A stretch of 64,000 nucleotides of DNA from Myxococcota bacterium. GTDB lineage: Bacteria > Myxococcota_A > SURF-8. The DNA is taken from positions 1,472,001 through 1,536,000 of the forward strand of contig OZ223209.1 in the NCBI GenBank assembly GCA_965140415.1, given 5' to 3'. The notes under the pieces are model-generated. The model was not told the origin of the DNA and did not search any database. It saw only the letters and a program-made list of their open reading frames with translations. Of the stretch, positions 49,372-58,773 are shown piece by piece; positions within the stretch are counted from its first letter, which is position 1, and each line of letters starts with the position of its first letter. A program made the translations under genes and the position numbers.

Positions 49372-51903
49372 ATGACACGCCCAACAATCATCTTGCTGTT
49401 TCTTGTTGCTCTATTGTGCCTTGTGCTGTTTACGGGCTGTACCCCCGACGATGACTCCAGTTCAAGCGACGGTGACAGCCCGACCGATGGCGACGGCACC
49501 AGCGACGGTGACAGCGACGATCCCGCCAATTCCAACGGTCTGACCATCGCGTCGGTCGTGGTGGTGGCGGACGATGGCGGTAACCTGATCGCCAATCCGG
49601 GTGAAGAAGTTCACGTGCGGGTTTCCGTCCGAAACAGCGGAACGCAACGAATCGAAGGATTGAACGGAAGCCTCGCCAGCAGTAGCCCATACGTCACCAT
49701 GACCTGTGGAATGGGAGTGGCCCTGCAATGGGTGACGGAACTGGAAGTGAACGGCGTACAGGCGCTGGGTTCGACCATGAGTTCCTGTTTTACCAGCGGC
49801 ACCTTTTCCATGACGCTCTCTGCCGAAACACCGGAAAACACCATACTGCCCTTTACCCTGATCTTGTCCGACTACGACATGAACAGCTATCGGCTTACGT
49901 TTTCACTGACCGTCGGTGCAACCAGCACTACAACCGGAATGGTGTTCGACAGCATCGAGGTGCTCTCGGATTCCAACAGCGACGATCTGGTCAGCCCGGG
50001 AGAGCTGGCCGAATTGCGGATTACGCTGCGCAATGCGGGAACGGAAACCTATGAAGAGTTGCAAGGCAGTATCCAATCCAAAACCGAAGGCATTGTGATT
50101 CTGTGCGGGGAAGCGGTTATTTCCGATTCCTACTATTACAGCATTTCCCCCGGCGACACGGTGGATTTGAAAGAAAACGAGGAAGACTGTTACACCAATG
50201 GCACAACCAAGATTCAGGTTTCGCCGAACGTTGCTCCCAATACGAAAGCCAGCTTCGAAATCAACTTGACCGACGATCAGAACGGAACGCATACTGTTAC
50301 TGCCCAATTAACGATTGTCGAACCACAGGGCGATCTGGTGTTCGATTCCGTGCAGGTCATTAGCGATGCCAATAATGACAAGATCGTCAACCCTGGTGAA
50401 GAAGCACAGGTAAAAGTCTTCGTTCGTAACGATGGAACCGCCCGCATCAATCCGCTCAGCGGTACCTTGACCAGCGACAGCGACTACGTCACGATCCTGT
50501 GCGGAGAAGTCGTAAAGACGCGCTGGGATTACGCCATCGAACCGGAGGGGCGCGAGTGGTTGCAGGAAGATCAGGAAAACTGCTATTCCGATGGAACCAT
50601 GAAAATCAAAGTGGCGCAGAATACGCCGCCGGATACCTTGATTCCTTTTACGTTACAACTGACAGATCCCGAGCAAAACATCTATCAGGTGCCGTTTTCC
50701 ATTACCGTATTGGATGCCGGTGGTGCACTGGCGTTTGAATCGGTGGAAATCACACGCGATTCAAACAACGATCATATCGTCAATCCGGGTGAAGAAGCCG
50801 AGTTGAAAGTCACGATCACCAACACCGGTGCAAGTCGCATCACGGCGCTCAATGGAACCCTGCAAAGCAGCAGCGAGTATGTCACCATCCTCTGCGGCGA
50901 AGTTGTCAAGACCTACAGCGATTATTCGCTCGAACCCGAAGAAAGCCAGTTCCTGGTAGAAGCGCAGAGCGACTGCATGAACTATTCCAGTTTCAGCACG
51001 GCGAAAATTCAGATCGATCCGGCGACTCCGGCGGAAACCTCGATTCCCTTCATGCTGAATCTGTCGGATCAGGAAGGCAATGTCTACCAGATTCCATTCG
51101 CAATTACGGTGCAGGAGCCGGGCGGGGAACTGGCATTCGATTCGCTGGAGATTCTGACCGACTCGAATAACGACGATTTGCTTTCCCCCGGAGAATGGGC
51201 CGACGTTCGCATTTTCGTCACCAATACCGGCAGCAGCCGCATTACGCCGCTTAATGGAACGCTGATGAGCACGAGTCCTTACGTGACTTTCCTGTGCGGC
51301 GAAGTGGTAAAAGTTTACAATGATTATCAACTGGAACCGGATGAGCGCCAGTATCTGGCCGAAAACGAAAGTGATTGCACGATTAGCGGTTCCATGAAGA
51401 TTCAACTCGAACAGGACACCCCCATTGGAGCCGAGTTGCCATTCATTCTGAATATGGCCGATGAGCAAGGGCATGGATATCGGGTGGAATTCAGCATGAC
51501 CGTACAGCAGAATGACGGCCTGCTGGAGTACGACCGTCTCGAAATCCTGAATGATACCAATAACGATCACATCCTGACTCCGGGCGAGCGCGGAGATGTG
51601 AAAGTGTATGTTGAAAACACGGGAACCGCCCGCATCACCAATCTGATCGGCGCCTTATCCACTACCAGCAATTACGCCACCATCGAGTGTGGCCATCAAA
51701 TTCACGTGGATTGGGATCGAGTGCTTGACCCGGGTGACATTCAAATGTTAAGTGAATACGACAGCAACTGTAGTTGCTCTGGAACGATGAAGGTCACGAT
51801 CTCATCTAGCGCCCCGCAAGGCCAGTCAATTCCTTTCCGTGCGGACCTGTACGACCGGGAAGGCCAGCTATGGAGTGTGTCCTTTTCCTTAACGGTTCAA
51901 TAG
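49372..51903 (+). CDS. Lipoprotein with six ~130-aa Ig/CARDB-like repeats
   Basis: Lipobox FTGC; six units beginning D.N.D....PGE...V.V.N.G, each with a Cys pair. Confidence 0.8.
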   Translation: MTRPTIILLFLVALLCLVLFTGCTPDDDSSSSDGDSPTDGDGTSDGDSDDPANSNGLTIASVVVVADDGGNLIANPGEEVHVRVSVRNSGTQRIEGLNGSLASSSPYVTMTCGMGVALQWVTELEVNGVQALGSTMSSCFTSGTFSMTLSAETPENTILPFTLILSDYDMNSYRLTFSLTVGATSTTTGMVFDSIEVLSDSNSDDLVSPGELAELRITLRNAGTETYEELQGSIQSKTEGIVILCGEAVISDSYYYSISPGDTVDLKENEEDCYTNGTTKIQVSPNVAPNTKASFEINLTDDQNGTHTVTAQLTIVEPQGDLVFDSVQVISDANNDKIVNPGEEAQVKVFVRNDGTARINPLSGTLTSDSDYVTILCGEVVKTRWDYAIEPEGREWLQEDQENCYSDGTMKIKVAQNTPPDTLIPFTLQLTDPEQNIYQVPFSITVLDAGGALAFESVEITRDSNNDHIVNPGEEAELKVTITNTGASRITALNGTLQSSSEYVTILCGEVVKTYSDYSLEPEESQFLVEAQSDCMNYSSFSTAKIQIDPATPAETSIPFMLNLSDQEGNVYQIPFAITVQEPGGELAFDSLEILTDSNNDDLLSPGEWADVRIFVTNTGSSRITPLNGTLMSTSPYVTFLCGEVVKVYNDYQLEPDERQYLAENESDCTISGSMKIQLEQDTPIGAELPFILNMADEQGHGYRVEFSMTVQQNDGLLEYDRLEILNDTNNDHILTPGERGDVKVYVENTGTARITNLIGALSTTSNYATIECGHQIHVDWDRVLDPGDIQMLSEYDSNCSCSGTMKVTISSSAPQGQSIPFRADLYDREGQLWSVSFSLTVQ

Positions 51904-52005
51904 TCGAAGCTTTGAGCAGGTATCCTGCGAGGTGCATCGACGTTTAGCCGTGAAAAACGTGGAAGCTGAAAATTTGTAGTTCAGTATCAAGAAGTGGAGG
52001 GTGAT

Positions 52006-53451
52006 GTGACGGACACGAACGTACGAATTCCGAAAGAGGGCAGGGACAAGCAGGCCGTACTCGATGATATGAAAAGCTTCGGTCAAGACGACGCCAAATA
52101 CAAAGATGGCCGCACGTGGAGCCTGGTCTATTACCTTGGAGAAGAATATACCGATTTCCTGAAACAGGCGCATGGCTTGTACTTCTCTGAAAACGGTCTG
52201 AATCCGATGGCGTTTAAAAGCCTGAAACGCTTTGAAAAAGACGTTGTCAGCATGGCTGCCAACCTTTTCCACGGCGACCACGACACCGTCGGCACCATGA
52301 CCAGCGGTGGTACGGAAAGTTGCTTGTTGGCGGTTAAAACCTACCGCGATCTGGCGCGCGCCAAGCGCCCCTGGATTCGTCACCCCGAGATGATCGTTCC
52401 CGAATCGATTCACGTCGCTTTTGAAAAAGGGGCGGAATACTTTGGCTTGAAGATCGTGCATGCCCCGGTCGGCAAGGACTTCCGGGTAAATGTCAAAGCC
52501 GTGAAAAAGCTGATCAATCGCAATACGGTCATGTTGGTGGGCAGCGCTCCCTGCTACCCGCACGGCGTGGTGGACCCCATCGAGGAACTGGGCCGCTTGG
52601 CGCAGAAAAAGAAAATCCCACTGCACGTGGATTCCTGTGTCGGTGGCTTTATGCTGCCTTGGGTCGAAAAGCTCGGCTACAAAGTGCCGCCGTTCGACTT
52701 CCGCGTGCCGGGTGTCACCTCGATTTCTGCGGATGTTCACAAATACGGCTACAGCGCCAAAGGCGCTTCCGTTATCGTGTACCGCAATATCGATTACTTG
52801 AAGCACCAGTTCTTTGCCTATACCGACTGGTCGGGTGGCATCTACATTTCCCCGGCGCTGCTGGGTACTCGTCCTGGTGGCTCCATCGCAGCAGCCTGGG
52901 CAGCGATGCAGGCCATGGGTGAAAACGGCTATTTGGAGCGTGCCCGCGCGATCATGGACACGACGCGCAAATTGATCGACGGCGTCAACGCCATTCCCGA
53001 ATTGCAGGTACTGGGCGAACCGACCATGAGCGTCTTCGCCTATCGTTCCATTGATCAGGATGTCAACATCTACGCAGTCGGCGATCAGATGGAGGAAAAG
53101 GGCTGGCACATCGACCGGCAGCAGAAACCGGAAGCGCTGCACGGCATGGTTTCTCCCACCCATGCGGCAGTGACGGAAAAATATTTGCAGGATCTGCGTG
53201 ACTCGGTAGCTTTCGTCAAGGCGCACCCCGAAATGGGAACGAAAGGGAATGCCGCCATGTACGGCATGGTCGCCCACATTCCGATGCGCGGCATGATCAA
53301 AAAGAACGTGCTTAAGCTGATGGAAGGCATGTACGGACCGGATGGCGAACTGCCGGATATCGAAGGCGCGGGTCAGGCCGACGATCTGGCCACCAAACTG
53401 GGTATGATGTACGTGAAGGTAAAAAGCGAAGTGATGAAAAAGCTGTCTTGA
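52006..53451 (+). CDS. Sphingosine-1-phosphate lyase-like PLP-dependent enzyme (group II decarboxylase family)
   Basis: TSGGTES, LVGSAPCYPHGVVDPIEEL, LHVDSCVGGF, FDFRVPGVTSISADVHKYGY (PLP Lys), GTRPGG; GGAGG RBS before GTG. Confidence 0.85.
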   Translation: MTDTNVRIPKEGRDKQAVLDDMKSFGQDDAKYKDGRTWSLVYYLGEEYTDFLKQAHGLYFSENGLNPMAFKSLKRFEKDVVSMAANLFHGDHDTVGTMTSGGTESCLLAVKTYRDLARAKRPWIRHPEMIVPESIHVAFEKGAEYFGLKIVHAPVGKDFRVNVKAVKKLINRNTVMLVGSAPCYPHGVVDPIEELGRLAQKKKIPLHVDSCVGGFMLPWVEKLGYKVPPFDFRVPGVTSISADVHKYGYSAKGASVIVYRNIDYLKHQFFAYTDWSGGIYISPALLGTRPGGSIAAAWAAMQAMGENGYLERARAIMDTTRKLIDGVNAIPELQVLGEPTMSVFAYRSIDQDVNIYAVGDQMEEKGWHIDRQQKPEALHGMVSPTHAAVTEKYLQDLRDSVAFVKAHPEMGTKGNAAMYGMVAHIPMRGMIKKNVLKLMEGMYGPDGELPDIEGAGQADDLATKLGMMYVKVKSEVMKKLS

Positions 53452-53477
53452 TCAGCTAGTATAAAGCGTTTCTTACA

Positions 53478-53508
53478 AACGACGCCGCCAGCAAGCGGCG
53501 TCGTTTTT
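53478..53508. terminator. Bidirectional Rho-independent terminator
   Basis: aaacgacgccgc...gcggcgtcgttttt between convergent genes. Confidence 0.8.
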
Positions 53509-53550
53509 GGTTACAAGGTGGCTATATTCTTGGGTCACACTTGGAAAGCG

Positions 53551-54114
53551 TTACAATTCCATTTCATGGTCATCGATCTCAGTGCTTTCTGCATCCTCAT
53601 CGTCGCTATCACCGGCTTCGTTGTTCTCCTGCTCCAATTCCGATGTCTCCAGGTCGCCATCGCTTAGATCCGGTTGACAACTCGCTCCTCCGTAGCCGTC
53701 GCCAACACAACGCTCATCTTCTCCACAATCGTCCTCCAACGTTGCTTGGCATTCTCCACCTGTCATACAAGGACCACAGCTTACCGTTTCCAAGCGCCAG
53801 ACATCTCCCTCATAACACCACAAGCCATCCTCGAAGGCTCCCCGGTCTCTCCAGGTCTGATCGAATTCACAAGGATAGTCGCAGGAACCGAGTGGAATCT
53901 CGCAATCGCCATCGGCATTGTCTTCAATATCGTTCTCATTCTCAGTGGTTTCGGTATCTATTTCTGTTTCAGAGTCGCCATCCGGAACAGTTTCCTGTTC
54001 CTGAACCTCGGAATCTCCATCTGTTGCATCGTTTTCACTGTCGTCGCATGCAAACAAGCTGCAACAAACCAAGATCAAGAAAAGAGCTCCAAGTATTTTA
54101 TATCCCTTTGACAT
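53551..54114 (-). CDS. Acidic Cys-rich hypothetical lipoprotein (DGD linkers)
   Basis: Lipobox LFAC; four DGD motifs; AAGGAG RBS. Confidence 0.7.
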   Translation of the reverse strand: MSKGYKILGALFLILVCCSLFACDDSENDATDGDSEVQEQETVPDGDSETEIDTETTENENDIEDNADGDCEIPLGSCDYPCEFDQTWRDRGAFEDGLWCYEGDVWRLETVSCGPCMTGGECQATLEDDCGEDERCVGDGYGGASCQPDLSDGDLETSELEQENNEAGDSDDEDAESTEIDDHEMEL

Positions 54115-54445
54115 GTCGATCTCCTTCCCCGTCATGTTTCGGGTTTACGAAAAGTGTATAAAAGATTGTATTGTTGTAACAATAGCAAAAACTGAACCAC
54201 ATTCTCGAATGTGCGTAACATGACAGTATTCTTGATGTTTTAGGGAGTTATGCAAAGAATAGCATCGAAACTTGCACTACAATCAAGACAATTATGTCAG
54301 GTTTCCTAACTCCCTTTCCCACTGGTGCTGCATAGCACGCTAAAGTACGAGGCGCATACCTAATTGACGAATCTTTGACAATTCGGTACATTTCAAGCAT
54401 GTACATTTAGGCCATCTGCCTGACATAACAAGAGGATCATTCATC

Positions 54446-56626
54446 ATGACACAAACTGCCAGATTTATTCGCGTGCAAACAGTCTTCCTTTGTGCATTGC
54501 TGACGCTTTTTCTTCTTGTAACCCACGCCTGTTCTTCCGATTCCGACGATCCGGTCGTGGACGGTGACAGTGAAAGTACGGATGGTGATGCAAACAGTGA
54601 TTTTAGCGCCTTGAGTAATGAGTTGCAGTTGCATCTCAGCGAAGCGGGGGATATCGAGTTGCATCTGGGCGAACGCAGCCTGTTGGCGCTCTCCGGCAAA
54701 TCGGGACTGCTCACGCGCCGCTATGACGAAACGGTGGAAAGCTCGTTCGGTCAATACAAGTTCACCCGTTCGAATGAAGAGAAAATCGAATTGCTTCGCA
54801 GTGACGAAGCCCCGATTCAAGGAAAAGATAGCTACTTGATGCACTACGCTGCTTCAGACGACTCTATAAGCGCAGAGTTGCAGATCAGCGTGGTCGATGA
54901 TGACACTTCGCGCATGACCTTTACTCTTAGCGGCCAAGAGGTCGATTCCTTTTCGATTCCTCTCCGCTGCGATGAAGAGGCGACATTCCACGGTTTCGGT
55001 GAGCAATACAACGGCACCGACCAGCGCGGCGAAGCCTTCCGCCTGATGGTTTCCGAGCAGGGCATTGGGCGGGAACCCTCGATGGAAGGGGGACTGTGGA
55101 TGGTCAACGGAAATCAGCACACGACCTATTTTCCCATGCCCTATTTCATCAATGCCACAGGTGGATACGGTGTCTTGCTTGAAACCGACTACCGCAGCTA
55201 TGTCGATCTGTGCCAGAGCGACGAAGACATTGCCTGGTTCGAAGTCACTTCCAATGAGCCTCTGTCCCTGCTGCTCTTTCACGGTCCTCAAACCCTAGAC
55301 GTGATCGAACAACTTGGTAGACAGATCGGAAGGCCTGCTGCTCCACCGCAATGGGCGTATGAAGCCTGGATGTGTACCCAGGGTGGACCGGCGGAAGTGG
55401 AACGCAAAGTTGCAGAGTTGGAAGCGGCGCAGGTGCCTTTCGGGGCGATCTGGGTGCAGGACTGGACCGGGAAACGGGAGAATATCGGTGGTGGCTCCGG
55501 CGTGGAATATCGCTGGGAACATGATAGCAGCTACTATCCCGATCTTGCCGGGCTGGTTGCATCCATGCACGAAAAGGAAATCAAAGTATTAGCCTACGTC
55601 AATCCCTTCGTACAGCAGGAATTACCCAATCATTTCGAAGAAATGGACGAACAAGGACTGTTGGTGAAAAATCCGGAAAGCGGCGAAAGCTACATCTTTA
55701 CCAGTCCCGCCGGGCAAGCTGGAAACCCGGACTTTACCAATCCGGCTGCCGTTCAATATGTACAAAATGCCCTGTCTAACATCGTGACCGAGTTGGGAAT
55801 CGATGGCTGGATGAGCGATTTCGGCGAATACCTGCCACTGGACGTGCAACTTTCCGATGGCAGCGATCCACGGGCCTATCATAATCGCTATCCGATCGAA
55901 TGGACGCGCATGACCCGCGAAGTCATGGATGAGTTGCGTCCAAATGGTGATTGGGTCATGTTCAGCCGCTCCGGCTGGACCGGTTCGCAAGCCGTGGCGC
56001 AGATTCACTGGGTGGGCGATCAGGAAGCGACCTGGAGTGAGTATGACGGCCTGCCGACCGTCGTTCCGGCCATGCTGAATCTAGGGTTGTGCGGGCAGCC
56101 CTACGTTACGCATGATATCGCTGGCTTTTCTGGCGGTCCCAGCAGCAAGGAACTTTTCATGCGCTGGACGGAACTTGGGGCTTTCACACCGATTATGCGC
56201 ACGCACGACGGCAACAACAAGGACGAAAACTGGTACTGGAACCGGGACCAGGAAACTGCCGCTCATTTCAAGCGGTTTGCCAAGATTCACCAGGTGCTCA
56301 TTCCGGATTTTGTGGCGCTTTCCGAGCAGGCGCAGCAGAGCGGCGCTCCAATCCTGCGACATCTGATGCTGGTTTTCCCGAACGATTCCAATTGCCTGGA
56401 TATTTCCGACCAATTCATGATCGGCGATGCGCTACTGGTTGCACCGGTGACGGCAGAAGGTGCAACAACTCGCTCCGTCTATTTTCCGCCGGGTGATTGG
56501 TACAATGTCTGGACGGGAGAGAAAGTGGAAGGTGGCCAACGTATGGACGTACAAGCGCCGATTGGATCGCCGCCAGTATACGCTTTTGGCTCCGATCGAG
56601 CAGACCTGCGTGCAATCACGGAATAA
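54446..56626 (+). CDS. Glycoside hydrolase family 31 lipoprotein (YihQ/MalA-like alpha-glucosidase)
   Basis: Lipobox THAC; GFGEQY, WVQDW, YVNP, GWMSDFGEYLP (nucleophile), WVGDQ (acid/base), RWTELGAFTPIMRTH. Confidence 0.9.
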   Translation: MTQTARFIRVQTVFLCALLTLFLLVTHACSSDSDDPVVDGDSESTDGDANSDFSALSNELQLHLSEAGDIELHLGERSLLALSGKSGLLTRRYDETVESSFGQYKFTRSNEEKIELLRSDEAPIQGKDSYLMHYAASDDSISAELQISVVDDDTSRMTFTLSGQEVDSFSIPLRCDEEATFHGFGEQYNGTDQRGEAFRLMVSEQGIGREPSMEGGLWMVNGNQHTTYFPMPYFINATGGYGVLLETDYRSYVDLCQSDEDIAWFEVTSNEPLSLLLFHGPQTLDVIEQLGRQIGRPAAPPQWAYEAWMCTQGGPAEVERKVAELEAAQVPFGAIWVQDWTGKRENIGGGSGVEYRWEHDSSYYPDLAGLVASMHEKEIKVLAYVNPFVQQELPNHFEEMDEQGLLVKNPESGESYIFTSPAGQAGNPDFTNPAAVQYVQNALSNIVTELGIDGWMSDFGEYLPLDVQLSDGSDPRAYHNRYPIEWTRMTREVMDELRPNGDWVMFSRSGWTGSQAVAQIHWVGDQEATWSEYDGLPTVVPAMLNLGLCGQPYVTHDIAGFSGGPSSKELFMRWTELGAFTPIMRTHDGNNKDENWYWNRDQETAAHFKRFAKIHQVLIPDFVALSEQAQQSGAPILRHLMLVFPNDSNCLDISDQFMIGDALLVAPVTAEGATTRSVYFPPGDWYNVWTGEKVEGGQRMDVQAPIGSPPVYAFGSDRADLRAITE

Positions 56627-56669
56627 GGATCTTATTTCGTAGTAAATCTATGATATTGGGGGATTGATA

Positions 56670-56846
56670 TCAATCGGACTTGCCGTTTTCCGGTTCCGCA
56701 GCGGACGGCGTTTCTGCGGTCGCATCCTTATCCGGATTCAGGATGGGATGCTCGCAATAGTGGAAGCGCATCCAGAATGCGAATGCAACCACAATAAAAA
56801 TAATCAGCTTATAGCGCAGCTTGATCTTTCTTTTCGCATTTGCCAT
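56670..56846 (-). CDS. Small single-TM hypothetical protein
   Basis: GAGGA RBS; basic N-terminus followed by a hydrophobic helix. Confidence 0.5.
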   Translation of the reverse strand: MANAKRKIKLRYKLIIFIVVAFAFWMRFHYCEHPILNPDKDATAETPSAAEPENGKSD

Positions 56847-57009
56847 TCGTATCCTCAACAGGCTATTGATTTCGTCCGATTTGAACCTGCATATAGCACG
56901 TCTATTCGGTTCTGGTCAAAGAGAAACATTCGATAGAAAATGGAATTCGCCTTGCGCAGGTGGCGTTCGGTGAACGGGTTGGCTTTGCTGTTGAGGTGGT
57001 TGTAACCAT

Positions 57010-57038
57010 AAAAAATGCCGCCCCTCCCCAGGGGCGGC
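57010..57038 (-). terminator. Rho-independent terminator after the MFS gene
   Basis: gccgcccct/aggggcggc stem with an A-tract on +. Confidence 0.7.
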
Positions 57039-57080
57039 GAACTCTCATTTTCGGCAAAAGACCGAAAAAGGAGTGATTGC

Positions 57081-58391
57081 TTATGCTTGCGCAGCCAACG
57101 CCTCGGCTTCTTCGGCCTCGGCTTCGGCACCCTTGCGAGCGATGGCGCGGCTGACGAAGGTCAGCACGGCGGCGATGATCATCAGAGCGCCCGCCACCAC
57201 GAAGGTGATCTTGGAATTGCCGGTGGCGTCGATGATGGCACCGTTGACGCGCGGCAGAATCAGGCCGCCCACGCCCCAGGCGGTGAACATGATGCCGTAG
57301 TTCATGCCGAAGTTCTTCAGGCCAAAGTAATCTTTGGTGGCCGAGGGGAACAGGGTCAGGTTGGCACCGTAGTTCGCACCGGCGATCAGGATGATGGCCA
57401 GCAGCATGATCGCGTTATCCTGAACGAAGATCAAGGAGGTGACCATCAGCGCCTGCAGTACGAAGGCACCGAACATCGTCCACTGACGACCTATTTTGTC
57501 GGACACGATACCGGACAGAATACGACCGCCCGCGTTACCGATGGAGAGTACGACGACCACATAGAAGGCCGCTTCGCCCAAGGAGGCCACGCCCAGTTTC
57601 TTGGCAATACCGATCAGCATCAGGCCGGTAGCCGCGCCGCAGGCGTACATGAACCACAGCATCCAGAACTGCGGAGTTTTGATCATTTCTTTCCAGTTCA
57701 TCTCTACGCCCATGGTTGCAGGAGCCGGAGCGGAAGAACCGTCAGCCGCTTTGGGTGCCGCTTTTTCCGCCGGTTTGTAACCAGCCGGGGGATTCTTGAT
57801 GAATTGCGCCAGCACGACGACCACGACCAAGAAGGCCACGCCCAGTGTCAGCATGGTTTTGGAAACGCCCATTTCCATCACGCCGTTGACTTCGGTGGCA
57901 TAGCTTTTCAACAGCGAGGTAGCCAAGGGAGCGATGTACACGGAAGCCAGACCGAAACCGGCCACGACCAGACCCGCGATTTTACCGGTCATTGAAGGGG
58001 GGAACCATTTGACGGCTGCCGGCGTGGCGGCGGCGTAACCGAAGCCGATGCCGATGGCGGCGACAACACCGAAACCGGCGACGAAACCGGCCAGCGAGCT
58101 ACCGGCCAAACCGGAAATGATGCAGCCCAGACCGATCAGCACGCCGCCGATGGTCACGACCCATTTCGGACCGATTTTGTCTTGCAGGCGACCGGCGGGG
58201 ATCATCGCCAGCGCGAAAACGAAGCACGCCACTGCGTAAGGCAGCGATTTGGCAGAGGCATCCCAACCCCAAGATTCCGGAATTCCACCGGAAATGACAC
58301 TCCAGGTGTACAGAACACCCAAAGCGAGGTTTACGCCCGTACCCGAAGCGGTTACGAGCCAGCCGCTGTTCGAAGATTGTGAGTCACTCAT
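57081..58391 (-). CDS. OFA/MCT family MFS transporter (oxalate/formate or L-lactate)
   Basis: LGVLYTWS, AGRLQDKIGP, GIGFGY....AAVKWFP, GRILSGIVSDKIGR, YFGLKNFGMNYG; 12 TM. Confidence 0.92.
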   Translation of the reverse strand: MSDSQSSNSGWLVTASGTGVNLALGVLYTWSVISGGIPESWGWDASAKSLPYAVACFVFALAMIPAGRLQDKIGPKWVVTIGGVLIGLGCIISGLAGSSLAGFVAGFGVVAAIGIGFGYAAATPAAVKWFPPSMTGKIAGLVVAGFGLASVYIAPLATSLLKSYATEVNGVMEMGVSKTMLTLGVAFLVVVVVLAQFIKNPPAGYKPAEKAAPKAADGSSAPAPATMGVEMNWKEMIKTPQFWMLWFMYACGAATGLMLIGIAKKLGVASLGEAAFYVVVVLSIGNAGGRILSGIVSDKIGRQWTMFGAFVLQALMVTSLIFVQDNAIMLLAIILIAGANYGANLTLFPSATKDYFGLKNFGMNYGIMFTAWGVGGLILPRVNGAIIDATGNSKITFVVAGALMIIAAVLTFVSRAIARKGAEAEAEEAEALAAQA

Positions 58392-58551
58392 TGTTACCTC
58401 CATGTTCAGGTTTCAGCACTCAGGTTGATACAAAAAACGCTACAATTTCAATAAGCTCGGTTGGTTGGTCAATCCACTCACCTGAACTGTGCGGTTGGTG
58501 AACACAGATAGGTGAATTCTGAATCAGTATTCATTTAACATAACGCTCTGC

Positions 58552-58580
58552 GTAATAACAGAGTGCCGGGCACTTGTCAA
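58552..58580 (-). promoter_or_regulatory. Putative sigma70 promoter of the MFS gene
   Basis: Minus strand TTGACA-N17-TATTAC. Confidence 0.5.
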
Positions 58581-58773
58581 ATCAATTTCCCGGAAAGTAC
58601 GGAAGAAAATTCCTCTAGGTATTATAACAAGAAGGAATGGGTAAGAAAATTGGGGGGAGATTGAAGCAAGCATCACGAAAAAGTTCCCGTAGAGTAATAC
58701 ATATTGCTTGATTTTTTATGAGAACGACTGTTAGCATGAGAATAAATCAGCTTAGAAAACACAGGTGGGAGAA

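Noticed and set aside
51889..53277. 462-aa minus-strand ORF
   Set aside because: Entirely antisense to the S1P-lyase-like gene; no motifs of its own.
56855..57005. Protein-like reading frame (GYNHLNSKANPFTERHL...) downstream of the MFS terminator
   Set aside because: No start codon or RBS outside the MFS gene and no recognisable family; it could be a gene remnant but I cannot support that.
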